Positions 1-10,920 of a stretch of 64,000 nucleotides of DNA are shown here, in pieces. The notes under the pieces are model-generated. The model ran no database searches. It was given only the letters and a program-made list of their open reading frames with translations, and was not told where the DNA came from. The number at the start of each line of letters is the position of its first letter. The stretch's first letter is position 1. Source of the stretch: Azolla caroliniana (Eukaryota > Plantae > Polypodiophyta); assembly GCA_043228905.1 (NCBI GenBank), contig JBHGNT010000003.1, forward strand, positions 4,774,001 to 4,838,000, written 5' to 3'. Made by a program: the position numbers and the translations under genes.

Positions 1-1
1 T

Positions 2-3000
2 GTTGAACCGGTGAAGCACCTTTGTCACGTACTTCTCCTGTGACATCCACAACTGCTTCTTGCTCCGGTCCCGGATGATGTGCATCCCTAGTATTTGTCT
101 CGCCGGACCCAGGTCCTTCATTGAGAAGGTTCGGTGAAGAGCCTTCTTCAGCATTCGTATCTTGACCTGGTCCCGTCCGACGATCAACATGTCGTCCACG
201 TACAGGAGGAGTATTAGAAAGTCTCCTCCTTCGAACTTCTTCACAAACACGCAGTGGTCGGACTGCGTTTTGAGGTACCCTTCGTCGGTCATGAAGGAGT
301 CGAACTTCCGGTACCATTGTCGGGGAGCCTGCTTCAGTCCGTAGAGGCTCTTCTTCAACCGGCATACCAGGTGCTCCTTCCCTTTCTTCTCGAATCCTTC
401 CAGTTGTTGCATGTAGATCTCTTCTTCGAGGTCACCGTGAAGGAATGCCGTCTTCACGTCCATCTGTTCTACCTCGAGGTCCATGCTTGCCGCTATGCTC
501 AGCACCGTCCGGATGGAGGTCATCTTCACTACCGGGGCAAATATCTCGTCGAAGTCGACGCCCTTCTTCTGCTGAAACCCCTTCACCACGATCATGGCTT
601 TGTATCTCGGGGGGTTTCCGGCATCTCCCGGTTTCAGCTTGAACACCCACTTGTTTCGAAGTGCCCGCTTTCCTTTCGGCAACTCCACAAGTTCATATGT
701 GTGGTTCTCATGCAGGGAATCCATCTCGTCCTGCATGGCACTCAACCACCTGCGGCTCTGGGTGTCATGTTTTGCTTCTTCAAAGCTCTCCGGCTCCCCC
801 TCGTCGGTTAGCAGCACGTGCTCTGGTTCCGGAAATCTCCGGGGGGCCCTTCTCTCTCTTAGAGGATATCTCCGTTCCGGAGCTTCGGTAATCGGTTCTT
901 CCGATTCTTCTTCATCCGAATCCATTTCGGGACCGGGGCCGGTTCCGGTATCATTTTCATCTTCTTCGGCCGGTTCTGTTTCTTCACCGTCTTCGGCCGG
1001 ATCCTCGAGTGCTAACCGGTCCCTTGCCGGTCGGGACTGCTCCTCGTAGAGTTGATCCTCACCGGTCGACTTGGAGCTCTTCATCTTCTTCTCCGACTCC
1101 CAGTCGGCGAGTGTCTTGTCCTCCATGAAGATGATGTCTCGACTCCTGAATATCTTCTTGTCGACCGGGTCCCATACTCGGTAGCCGAACTCGTCGTCGC
1201 CGTAACCGAGGAATATGCATGGCCGGGTCTTCGGATCTAGCTTTCCTCTCCGGTCCTTTGCCACATGCACGTATGCGAGACACCCGAACACCTTCAGATG
1301 CCGGTTGGACACTTCCTTACCGGTCCACACTTTCTGCGGCGTGTCTCCGTCCAAAGGTACTGAGGGTGATCTGTTTATCACGTATGTCGCCGTCGACATT
1401 GCCTCAGCCCAAAACCCCTTGGGTAATTTCGCATGCGCCAGCATACTCCGGACCCTCTCCATTATGGTCCGGTTCATCCTCTCGGCCAGCCCGTTCAGTT
1501 CCGGCGTCTTCGGCACAGTAAACTCGAGTCGGATTCCCTTCGAGCGACAATACTCCTGGAACTGCCCCCGGTATTCCCCTCCGTTATCCGCTCGTATCGC
1601 TTTCAGCTTCTTGCCGGATTCCCTTTCCACTCTCGCGTGGAGTTCTTTGAAGACGCACAACACTTGGTCCTTTGTCTTCAACGGTGCCGTCCACAGCTTC
1701 CGGCTGTGATCATCAATGAATGTTACGAAGTACTGGGCTCCGCCATGTGACTTCGTTTCTACCTGACACACATCAGTGTGCACCAACTCCAATGGTGCGC
1801 TTCGTCTCGTCGGTGGCCTTGAGTGGAAGGAGGTTCGGTTCTGCTTACCGGCCAGGCAATCGGTGCACTTCTCCAGGTGCACATGCTTCACCGGAATAAG
1901 GTTGTCTTCTGCAAGCCTCTTCATCCCCTTCTCACTCATGTGGCACAGTCTTTTGTGCCACAGCTCACCGGCAGTGTCGGCTGCCACATTCAGCTCTTCC
2001 GGACATAACCGGGCATTCATCAGGTACAGTGTGTTGACTTTCCGGGCCCGAGCCACTATCAGGCTCCCCTTGCTGAACTTCATTACGCTGTTCCGGATGC
2101 TACCTGTGTAGCCTTCGTCGTCTAGCCTTCCGGCCGAAATCAGGTTCAATCGAACCTCCGGAATGTGTCGGACATCCTTCAGCAGCATTTTGCATCCGGT
2201 CGGGGTTGTCAACCACACGTCTCCGATGCCGGCAATCCGGCACGTACCTTCATTTCCCATCCGAACACAGCCATGCTCACCGGCTGTGTAGGATGAGAAG
2301 TATCTTCTCTCCGGGGTCAGGTGGAACGATGCTCCGGAATCGACCACCCAGGTCGTCTCATCGCCGGCAATGTTTAGCTCACCTTCTTCGGTGATGAGCA
2401 TGATTTCTTCCTCACTTGCCGCGAGTGCCGTCGTTCCTTTCCGGTCCTGCCCTCGCCGATCCGAACCTCTCCGGTCCGTGGCTCCCCGGTATGCACCGTT
2501 TCTCTCCGGTGACTTCTTCGAATCGGTGTCGTCGGCTCCGTTGTCTTTTCGGTAATGCCGACAATTCTTTCGGAAGTGCCCCGGCTTCCCACAGTGGAAG
2601 CATGTGGGCCTTCCTCTTGACTGCGACCGGGTCCCCGACTTCTCCCGTCTTTGCGGACTCCGGTTCCATTGTCTTCCCCGATCCGATTCGGTAAGCAGCG
2701 CCTTCGAGTCGGAGGCCGGTTCTTTATCTCTCCGACGCGCTTCTTCGTTCAAAATACTTGTCTTTACCGTTTGTAAGGACAAGTTATCTTCGGTGCAGGA
2801 GGTGCTGAGAGTCACCACCAAGTTCTCCCAGCTTTCCGGCAATGTACACATCAGGATGATGGCTTGCATTGCATCCTCCAACGGGAACTTGATCGCCGCA
2901 AGCTGATTCACGAATCCCATGAACGTGCTTACGTGTTCCACCATACTCTCGCCGTCCCGGTACTTGAGATTCACAATCTTCCTCATCAGGGAGGTCCGGT

Positions 3001-3298
3001 TCAGCGCATTCTTCCTCTCGTAGAGGCCCGACAGCTTCCGCCACATCTCATATGCGTTGGTGTCGTTCGCCACATGTTGTAGAACGCTCACGTCTACGTA
3101 TTGCCGAATGGTTGCAACGGCTTTCCGGTTCAGAAGCCTCCATTCCGACTCAAGTACCCCCTTCGGTATTTCCGACCTGTCAATCGGTTCGTACAGGTCC
3201 CGAACAATCAGAAGATCCTCCATCTTGATCTTCCAGTCGGCGTAATTCTGTGCAGTCAGCACCATCATCCCCGGCTGCCCGCTGCCGCCGCCTTCCAT
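2..3298 (-). CDS. copia gag-pol polyprotein, partial (Gag, zinc knuckle, protease, integrase, N-terminal RT); no stop seen before the window edge
   Basis: Manual minus-strand translation from ATG 3298: MEGGGSGQPGMMVLTAQNYADWKIKMEDLL; CFHCGKPGHFRKNC; WVVDSGASFH; LELVHTDVC; IRADNGGEY; RT LYVDDML near 190-210. Absent from the ORF track because it runs off the edge. Confidence 0.9.
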   Translation of the reverse strand, partial: MEGGGSGQPGMMVLTAQNYADWKIKMEDLLIVRDLYEPIDRSEIPKGVLESEWRLLNRKAVATIRQYVDVSVLQHVANDTNAYEMWRKLSGLYERKNALNRTSLMRKIVNLKYRDGESMVEHVSTFMGFVNQLAAIKFPLEDAMQAIILMCTLPESWENLVVTLSTSCTEDNLSLQTVKTSILNEEARRRDKEPASDSKALLTESDRGRQWNRSPQRREKSGTRSQSRGRPTCFHCGKPGHFRKNCRHYRKDNGADDTDSKKSPERNGAYRGATDRRGSDRRGQDRKGTTALAASEEEIMLITEEGELNIAGDETTWVVDSGASFHLTPERRYFSSYTAGEHGCVRMGNEGTCRIAGIGDVWLTTPTGCKMLLKDVRHIPEVRLNLISAGRLDDEGYTGSIRNSVMKFSKGSLIVARARKVNTLYLMNARLCPEELNVAADTAGELWHKRLCHMSEKGMKRLAEDNLIPVKHVHLEKCTDCLAGKQNRTSFHSRPPTRRSAPLELVHTDVCQVETKSHGGAQYFVTFIDDHSRKLWTAPLKTKDQVLCVFKELHARVERESGKKLKAIRADNGGEYRGQFQEYCRSKGIRLEFTVPKTPELNGLAERMNRTIMERVRSMLAHAKLPKGFWAEAMSTATYVINRSPSVPLDGDTPQKVWTGKEVSNRHLKVFGCLAYVHVAKDRRGKLDPKTRPCIFLGYGDDEFGYRVWDPVDKKIFRSRDIIFMEDKTLADWESEKKMKSSKSTGEDQLYEEQSRPARDRLALEDPAEDGEETEPAEEDENDTGTGPGPEMDSDEEESEEPITEAPERRYPLRERRAPRRFPEPEHVLLTDEGEPESFEEAKHDTQSRRWLSAMQDEMDSLHENHTYELVELPKGKRALRNKWVFKLKPGDAGNPPRYKAMIVVKGFQQKKGVDFDEIFAPVVKMTSIRTVLSIAASMDLEVEQMDVKTAFLHGDLEEEIYMQQLEGFEKKGKEHLVCRLKKSLYGLKQAPRQWYRKFDSFMTDEGYLKTQSDHCVFVKKFEGGDFLILLLYVDDMLIVGRDQVKIRMLKKALHRTFSMKDLGPARQILGMHIIRDRSKKQLWMSQEKYVTKVLHRFN

Positions 3299-3328
3299 TT
3301 TCTGCAGCAGTTCGCTCTGATACCAGTT

Positions 3329-3980
3329 TGTAAGGAATAGACCCTTCTATTCACCTTCACCACTCGGCCACAACCGAGTAAGCGCGAATCGATGGAGCAG
3401 AAAATAGGAACCACACGGAGAAACAAAAAAAAACGCGAGTACACAGGGATTAACGTGGAAAACCCTAGACGGGAAAAACCACGGGAGTACAAGACTCCAA
3501 ACCAACACTATACAGAGAAGTATACAATGGCGAGCTGCAAGGCGACGACCTTGAGCTCGCTGTCCTCGCCACAGGCGGCGGAAATACACAGAGGCGTCTA
3601 CCTCTTCCTCTCTCGCGCTCTATCTCTATCTCTCTCTCTCACGGCTGCTTACACTTCACTCCTCTTGAGTGGAAAAACAGAAAAATGAGAAGCAACAGTA
3701 AAACTGTTTGCCCTAAGTCATATTTATACTTATATGACTTTGGGCTATTTACAACTATAGCCTCAGGGGCCCATAGCGAACATATTCACGGATATGTCCC
3801 TGCATCCGGATCGCTCTCCGGGTACATTCGTCATCCGGCACCGAAACCGGGGTCTTCGTCATCCGGATCCGAAACCGAAACCGGGGTCTTCGTCATCCGG
3901 ATCCGAAACCGAAACCGGGCTTGTCGGCATTCATCTCCGATATCCGACCATCCCATCCGAAAGGGACCGAAATCCCAACA
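3329..3980 (-). repeat. copia 5' LTR with short internal tandem repeats
   Basis: TG...CA termini, adjacent PBS, similarity to the LTR at 9885-10449; CCGAAACCGGGGTCTTCGTCATCCGGAT repeated at about 3841-3920. Confidence 0.85.
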
Positions 3981-4700
3981 CGTTTTTCATCAAACGTGCT
4001 AACAAGGAGATGAAATAGTGTATCTTTGACTACTCTCCGTCCACAAGTGGAGGAGAAACCTATCTTCAACAAAGTGGGGCCCAACGAAATAAGAGAGAGA
4101 AAGAAAGAAATATTACCGTCCTTCAAGGGGCCAAAATGGCCTAGTTAATATAAACTCTGGCTAAAACCCATTTAATTTATTATATGAGGTTTTAGTATGA
4201 GTGCGTGGAGGTGTTACGTGACTTCACCTCCCTCACCTCCCTCCACCTTTTCTACGTGAAGGTATCTTCCAAAGAGTTGGTGGGGAGATTGGCGGAGCTT
4301 CATCCCTCACATTCACCCCTCGCAGCCTCCCTCCAGAGATTGCACATAGAATTCTTACACATTGACTTGAGAAGGAGCACTGGTTTCCTGCGCCACTGGC
4401 CGCAGCTCAAAGAGCTCTCTCTATTTGGTAGAAGAGATATGACAGAGGAGGAGCTAATGGATTTCATGGATCACCTAGCACCCCCAAAGAAGGGGATAGA
4501 GAGACTTGGCAGCACCCCTTCCTCACCTCCTCAATTATATAGCCTTCTATTAGGTTTGGTTTCTGACAATTTAAGCCAATCTGCTACTGCTGCGGCAGTA
4601 GATGCACTTTCTCGTTCAGGCCTTCCTCTCTTTGAGATTCATGGCTATCGCCATGTCCTTGAATGAGTCTGGTAACATCATATACATAAACGGAATCCAA

Positions 4701-4836
4701 CACATCGTTCTCGATCCCAACTGGTTTTGCAATGAGATCATGGGCACCCTCATTCATTTCCCAAACTCCACATCGTTCTCGATCCCAATTGGTTTTGCAA
4801 TGAGATCATGGGCACCCTCATTCATTTCCCAAACTC
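4701..4836 (+). repeat. 68-bp tandem duplication (1 mismatch) causing a frameshift
   Basis: CACATCGTTCTCGATCCCAA...CCCAAACTC at 4701-4768 and 4769-4836. Confidence 0.95.
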
Positions 4837-6664
4837 TAAAGCAGATTCTAAAGTGAAGAGTACTATTGTATTTGAGAAAGGATACATCCCTAAATGTTTC
4901 CTAGAAGAGAAGTTTGAATCCATTACCAAATCTAAAGAGGAAGGTTCGTTACTGCTACAATTGATGGAACCCATGCACCTATGTTGCAAAGTCCCCAACA
5001 TCATTGGAGATAAGATGTTTATTCCTGCCATATTGTCCAAGGATGTGGATGGGGAACAACTCCAATGGACTTCACATAGAGGAAAGAGTGACAACAATTT
5101 GGCTGAGGATAATGATACATTTGTGTATATGGGCAGAAGGCTAGAATGTGAGAATGAATACCTTACATTTCTTACTCCAGGATTGTTTCCGAAGATTCAG
5201 GTGTTATTTAGTAATGCATTCCAATCGGAGGATGAAAAAACTAACATCACACTTGGGAAAAATTTCATAGTCATACATTTTCCAAGGAGCGTGATCATCA
5301 TCATGTTCTGCAAAGCGAAATCAAACTATGTCATAGATGTATTGGTTCGGGCTCAAAATATTAACACTGAAAAAGACACACTAAGTACCTTAGCTTTTAT
5401 GGAAAAACGCATCGCCAACAACTTGATTACAATTTGCGCACAACCCTCAGGCGTCCAAGGGGTTAGACTAGTCGAGAGTGTCATTCGGCCTGACTGTTGT
5501 TGCGATCTATCAAAGGCACAAGAAAGAGAAGACCAATGTGTGAGAATAACTTACTTGAAGGAACAACTACGAAAAAAACTTGAGCGAAACGAGCAAGAAT
5601 CCTATGATTGGAAACAAACTAAGGTCCTCGGTTGTCTAACAAATGATTTCATTGATCTCCTTGGTTTTGAGAATTATGAGGAAGTTTTTGTGTCATATAA
5701 AGCATGGCTCAAGGAAGAGGCACAAGCTCCGTTGATGGAGAATGATGATGCCAAAATATTTGGGGAACAAAAAAGTCAACAAAATGTGACCTTGAGTAGC
5801 ATCAAAAATAGTTTGTTGGAAGAGGATCAAATATCAGAAAATCAAGCAATTGAGGTGCAACATACAAAGCTCATGGTAAAGGAAATCAAAATTTTACAAC
5901 GTAAGATGGATGCCACACATCAAGTGGTCCTAAAGGTACATGATAAGGTGGATCAATTGACAATGAAGGTGACTGAAATGCATAAAGAACTTCAAAATAC
6001 AAGGAAAGATGTTATAAGAAACATTGAGAATTCTTTAGGTAAGCTATTGAAAATGGCTCTAGAGAATGAGGCTCAAAAGCAACTCCCTTGTGTTGCGCTC
6101 CTTACAACTAACTCTAGCAAATCAACCGTTGAGAAGCTTTTGAGATGGGTGCCTCAACTTTTGGGTGATGAGATTGTGAGAATCAAATTATATTGTGAGG
6201 ATAAAAATTTGCCACACCCAGTGGAAAACCAACCTGGTATCACCCTCACCTCTTTGTCAGAGTCTCATTCAGAGTATCTACACAAAGCTCTTCCATTTAT
6301 CAATGGTTTGTTTTATGTTTTGACTATAGCCGCTAGAGTTGGTATTTCCTCTATGGTACCTCTTGCAAGCTCCTTCATTCCTGATTGGACACCCCACCTC
6401 AAACTAGTGAAACAATATCCTATGATACAAAGTAATTTTGGCTCGAAAAAGGATAAATTCCTAAGTACACTAGAGTGTGCTTCCAAAGAGTGGCAAAAGT
6501 GCTTGGCATCTATATTGAAAGAAAATGGAGGTTTGACCAGCCAAAACATAGCTAAGAAGTTCCATCTCAACCGTACCATCTACGATGAAGGTGGCGGGAG
6601 TACTCAAGTTGCATGGTTATGCAAGATGCATTGTGAAGGAAAAAGGTCCTGCCCGCTAAGCTAA
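4808..6664 (+). CDS. 618-aa open frame: C-terminal COR, coiled-coil and C-terminal domain of a TORNADO1-like protein
   Basis: Uninterrupted ORF; YMGRRLEC..FLTPGLFPKIQV, LYCED..PHPVENQPG, terminal VAWLCKMH; shared with copies 2 and 3. Confidence 0.75.
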   Translation: MGTLIHFPNSKADSKVKSTIVFEKGYIPKCFLEEKFESITKSKEEGSLLLQLMEPMHLCCKVPNIIGDKMFIPAILSKDVDGEQLQWTSHRGKSDNNLAEDNDTFVYMGRRLECENEYLTFLTPGLFPKIQVLFSNAFQSEDEKTNITLGKNFIVIHFPRSVIIIMFCKAKSNYVIDVLVRAQNINTEKDTLSTLAFMEKRIANNLITICAQPSGVQGVRLVESVIRPDCCCDLSKAQEREDQCVRITYLKEQLRKKLERNEQESYDWKQTKVLGCLTNDFIDLLGFENYEEVFVSYKAWLKEEAQAPLMENDDAKIFGEQKSQQNVTLSSIKNSLLEEDQISENQAIEVQHTKLMVKEIKILQRKMDATHQVVLKVHDKVDQLTMKVTEMHKELQNTRKDVIRNIENSLGKLLKMALENEAQKQLPCVALLTTNSSKSTVEKLLRWVPQLLGDEIVRIKLYCEDKNLPHPVENQPGITLTSLSESHSEYLHKALPFINGLFYVLTIAARVGISSMVPLASSFIPDWTPHLKLVKQYPMIQSNFGSKKDKFLSTLECASKEWQKCLASILKENGGLTSQNIAKKFHLNRTIYDEGGGSTQVAWLCKMHCEGKRSCPLS

Positions 6665-6933
6665 ATTATATCTCGCTATGTGTGTTTAAATAGAAAGGCC
6701 TACTTTCGATATTTACTATAAACTTTTTGAATATTCCTTTATTGAACTTAGATGGGATTTTACAACTAAGAATAATTGTCTTGATTTTTAACTGATAATA
6801 ATCAAGGTTCTTTGTGTATTTGAATTAAGTGTACAATGTCTTTTTCTTATTAAATGTGTCTCATAGGTATGTTGCATCAAGTGCACAACTTCCTCTCAAA
6901 CAAAGTTATACCTCCTTATCGAGGTAAAACTTG

Positions 6934-7075
6934 CAAGGATGGTTTTCAAGTACTGTTGGGTTATCAAGAATAGGGTATTAGACATAAGGAAAATTCTTCC
7001 TCTCCAAGGATGGTTTTCAAGTATTGTTGGGTTATCAAGAAAAGGGTATTAGACATAAGGAAAATTCTTCCTCTC
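6934..7075. repeat. 71-bp tandem duplication
   Basis: CAAGGATGGTTTTCAAGTA...ATTCTTCCTCTC twice (6934 and 7005). Confidence 0.9.
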
Positions 7076-9329
7076 CTCCCTTAACAACAAAGAAGTTAGT
7101 TTCAACCATAATATGGCTTAATGTACTACTTAATGAACTAAACAATGTACAAAAGCACATAAAATGAGAAAAAAACGCTACACTTAGGAATTATCGCAAT
7201 CACGTGCTAGCCATTAGTGAAACCTTCAATTGAAGCTCTCAACACAATCTCTTTAAGAGCGAGTGAGAGAAAAGCCAATTCTGTTATCGATTTTGGAGCT
7301 TAAAGATGACCTATGAGAACAAAAAGAAAAAGTGTCATTGTGTAATACATATGAAAGTGAGTAATAACTATTAATATTCAAGCGCTATACTCATAATGTT
7401 ACAATTGAGATTGCAAATTGTGCTTTTGAGAGAAGTTCATGCAAGGATTGGGTTTTGGTTGAGGATGTTGGCACCTGTTCTTTCAGAGGATGTATTGACC
7501 CATGCATCTCAATAAATTATGAATCCATTAGATTCATTCCTGCATTCAAAACTGTTAAAAGCTAATTCTTCCAGGTCATCATATTTTTACATTTTGTTGC
7601 ATAGGTTACATTGTATCAAATTCTTATATCTCATCCCTAATGTGATATATTGCATCACTAACAAGTTTTATATCATTTATATTTGTTCTTCATTTTTACC
7701 TAGTGTAATGCATTGATTCTAACCTTTGAATAAGATTTTACGTATGTACATAACTCTAAATTCTTAAATAGTGAAAAACAATAATGAACACATCAAGAAG
7801 ACCAAGAAATATTAAAACAATGGTTATTTCAATAAACCCTAGAGGATGTTGCCGTGTCAGCTTCCTCATAATCTTCAACTACATCAAGGTAATAGGACAA
7901 GCATAAATGTTGTTTCTTCAAACTAGGAGAGCTCTAGAAATTAATGGTGCATGACTAGTCCATCATAGTAGTAGTTAGGAAAATTGTTAAGTTCGATGAG
8001 TGAGAGTAATGGCATTCAAGGCAGTCAATCTTCCAATAGTTCACATATGTGGGTAACAAATACAGAGTGAAACTAAGGCAAAACCTTGCCGAGTCATTTG
8101 GCTTATAGTTTCTCCCTATTGACATAAGATGTCTTGACGTTGGGAGTTCTCTTCGATCACATTTCGAGCAATACATTGAACCCTTAGTCTTCCAATGTGG
8201 ATGTATTTGAAATTAACGAGACACTAAGAGATAAAGTACATTGTCAATAAAGAGGAAAATTTTAATTTTACGAATCATATCATATGCTTATAATGGTTTT
8301 CTCTCAAAGCGTTATTTATAAATTTACATTTTAAGTTGGTTAAATTCCTAATCTTAATATGTAATGATGATGGTGCTGTAAATGTTGTTAAAAAAGACCA
8401 CCTTCAATATGCAGACTAAACAGGATCTAATAAGTCAACACATGTGCTTTGTGAAATATTCTTGTCCACTCAACATATAAAAATTCACCAAACACAAGGA
8501 TTGTGTTAAAAAGATATCGAACAGCTAAATCCAAAGGATCGTAACGACCGCCATTTGCTAAGAAGGTTTGAACCACTAGTCCAAATAGATCATTTTTCAA
8601 ATTATAGTCGTAGTAAAATTCATCCTATATATTAATAAAAAACACCATCAGGCATCCAACAAAATGTTCAACCTATCTCGAAAGTTTCAAAGTTACAAGA
8701 ATTTATAGTGAGGTACAAATGCAATTTAATGTCACAAGTAAATGTTCCACCTAGGTTTGAGCATTGGCATTGTTTTGCCATAGATTGGATATGTAAACCA
8801 TTGCTTAGCCTATTATCAGATCAAAGCATGATACCATTGATTTTAATGATATATCGTTCAGTGAAGGATGAAGAATTATTGCTATCATAGGTAGGATCAC
8901 ACTTTGAGTACCTGAAAAGTTGTTAGATTATAGACAATTAATCATAGAAATGACCACAATCACAGGAGATGATGATCAGAGTCAAAATGTGGTACATATG
9001 GATCTCTTGTACATTGATCAGCATGTAAATTCTAGGGAAAAGTACCAAGATACCATTGGAAGTTCGCCTATTTACCAGAATGCCCCTGGAAGTTCCAAAA
9101 TTACCAAACTACCCCTATGTCGAAAAAATACACTTTATAAAGTAATTATACACTCAAATATACAAGCCCTATTTACCAAAATACCCTTAAACCTAAACTT
9201 ATTTACCATAATGTCACTATATACCTATTTTGACCAATTCATACCACTTTTATTTTTCAAAATACATCATAAATCAAACTAAATTATCAAAATTATATTA
9301 TATATCAAAAATTTTAATTGAAAGGTCAC

Positions 9330-9870
9330 CTTAAAATCCAATTCTATATGATGGGTTGCTTTTTCGGAACAACCATACTTATATTCCCAATGGACCTTCT
9401 CAACTCGAAGTCTTGCAGCATTGCCATGATTCACCATCAACTGGACATTTTGGAGTTTTGGAAACTTTGGAGCTAGTTATCTGAAACTATTGGTGACCTT
9501 AGGTTCACTAATTTATCATATACTATGTTTCTACTTGTGATGTATGTTGTCGATCAAAGATGCCTCAACATCGGCCATATAGTTTGTTGCACCCATTGCC
9601 TATTCTAGATGGTTCATGGAAATTCATTTTGATCGATTTCATCACAGATCTCCCACCTTCCCAAGATTATGATGTTACTCTTACAGTGGTGGATTGCTTT
9701 AAAAAAATAACACACTTTCGTCCATGTAGAAAGACTTTTACTTGTCAAGAAACGACAAATTTTGTTATGCAAGAAGTTTTCAAGCGTCATGGCCTTCCAG
9801 ATGAAATTATTACTGATTGTGGGCCACAATGTATTCCAAAGTTTTGGACATACTTGAGATCCTTCGAATT
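9330..9870 (+). mobile_element. Degenerate Ty3/gypsy integrase fragment
   Basis: H2C2 remnant (CHDSPSTGHFG...TCDVC) and core LLHPLPI..W..I.IDFITDLP...VVD; in-frame stops. Confidence 0.8.
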
Positions 9871-9884
9871 TCTCATAAATTATC

Positions 9885-10860
9885 TGACAGGAATACAGTT
9901 TCCTAAGCTATGCTTGGCCACAACCGAGACGTCGGATCAATCACAGAAAACAGGGATGTGGTGAGATGTATCTACACACGAAACAGTAAAGAAGAAAGTG
10001 CACTGGATGTTAACGTGGAAAACCCAAATCTGGGAAAAAACCACGGCAGCCCTCAGACTGCAAAATATCATTATATCAAGATTACAACAATGGGGCATAG
10101 AGGCAACGACCTCTTGCTCCCTCGCTTCGCCACCAGGCAGTTACAACATAGGCACGATCTCTGTATATCGCTCTCTATCTCTCTTACACACTGTACAGAG
10201 GTTACACCAATAACTCTATCAACATAACTATTAAGTTTGCCCTAGGTCATATTTATACTAATATGACTTTCGGGCTATTTACAAATATAGCCCCATTGGG
10301 CTCTCTGGAACATATTTACATATATGTCCCTTCCATCCGATGAGAGGTTCTCACCGGGCCTGCAACATCCGGTTCTCACTGGGTCTTCCATTGCCGGGTA
10401 CTCCACATCTGGTTCTCACTTCCCATCCGGAGGGACCTGTTTCCTAACAAACTCCCCCTTCACTCCGGCATGGGATTTCTTACTAGTCCGATCCGCTTCC
10501 GACATGCATCTAGCTTGTCGGGTATCAGTACTTTGGTTAGCATATTTGACCCGTTCTCGGCCGTGTGGATCTTCGTCAGCGCGAACTCTCGATCTTCTAC
10601 TTGCTCCTAGATCCAGTGATACCTACACTGGATGTGCTTCGTCCTGGAATGGTATGCTGCGTATTCATCTTGCTGGTATTCATCTTGCCAGATACCGAGC
10701 TCTTCGATGAAGTCCTTCATCCATAATATTTCCTTACCGGCTTCCACAACCGCCATGTACTCCGCCTCCGTGGTTGACAACGCAACTGTCTTCTACAGCC
10801 TCGACTGCCACGAAACAACTCCCCTTGCATATGTCATTACATACCCAGATGTAGACCGAC
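9885..10860 (-). mobile_element. Truncated copia: RNase H remnant, PPT and 3' LTR (9885-10449)
   Basis: Minus strand STSGYVMTY..VSWQSRL..VALSTTEAEY..RTKHI; PPT GGAGTGAAGGGGGAG next to TGTTAGG; LTR similar to 3329-3980. Confidence 0.85.
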
Positions 10861-10920
10861 TGGTATACCGGAGCGGAATCGGAGACACAAAGGAAGAATT
10901 ATATAATTATAAGCGATGTC

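Larger units (their letters stand above)
1..3980 (-). mobile_element. Ty1/copia LTR retrotransposon, 5' part (runs off the left edge of the window)
   Basis: 5' LTR 3329-3980 (minus strand TGTTGGG...TTACA); PBS TGGTATCAGAGC (tRNA-iMet type) at 3314-3325; gag-pol follows immediately. Confidence 0.95.
4205..6664 (+). pseudogene. TORNADO1-like ROCO gene copy 1: LRR fragment joined directly to COR/C-terminal region (Roc GTPase deleted), frameshifted
   Basis: LRR-like LxxLxL motifs (LTSLHL, LQRLHI, LKELSL) in 4205-4640, then COR-type AIAMSLNESGNIIYING..HIVLDPNWFCNEIMG; 68-bp tandem duplication shifts the frame; homologous to the Roc-bearing copy at 10921-13439. Confidence 0.8.

Noticed and set aside
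3314-3325. tRNA-like sequence TGGTATCAGAGC (also 22218 and 54604)
   Set aside because: Retrotransposon primer-binding sites, not tRNA genes
162-3340. Many plus-strand ORFs of 60-185 aa
   Set aside because: Antisense shadows of the GC-rich minus-strand copia gag-pol
9033-9250. Possible MULE/MITE terminal repeat (GGGAAAAGTACC.. with repeated TTTACCAAA motifs)
   Set aside because: No matching opposite TIR or TSD found in the window
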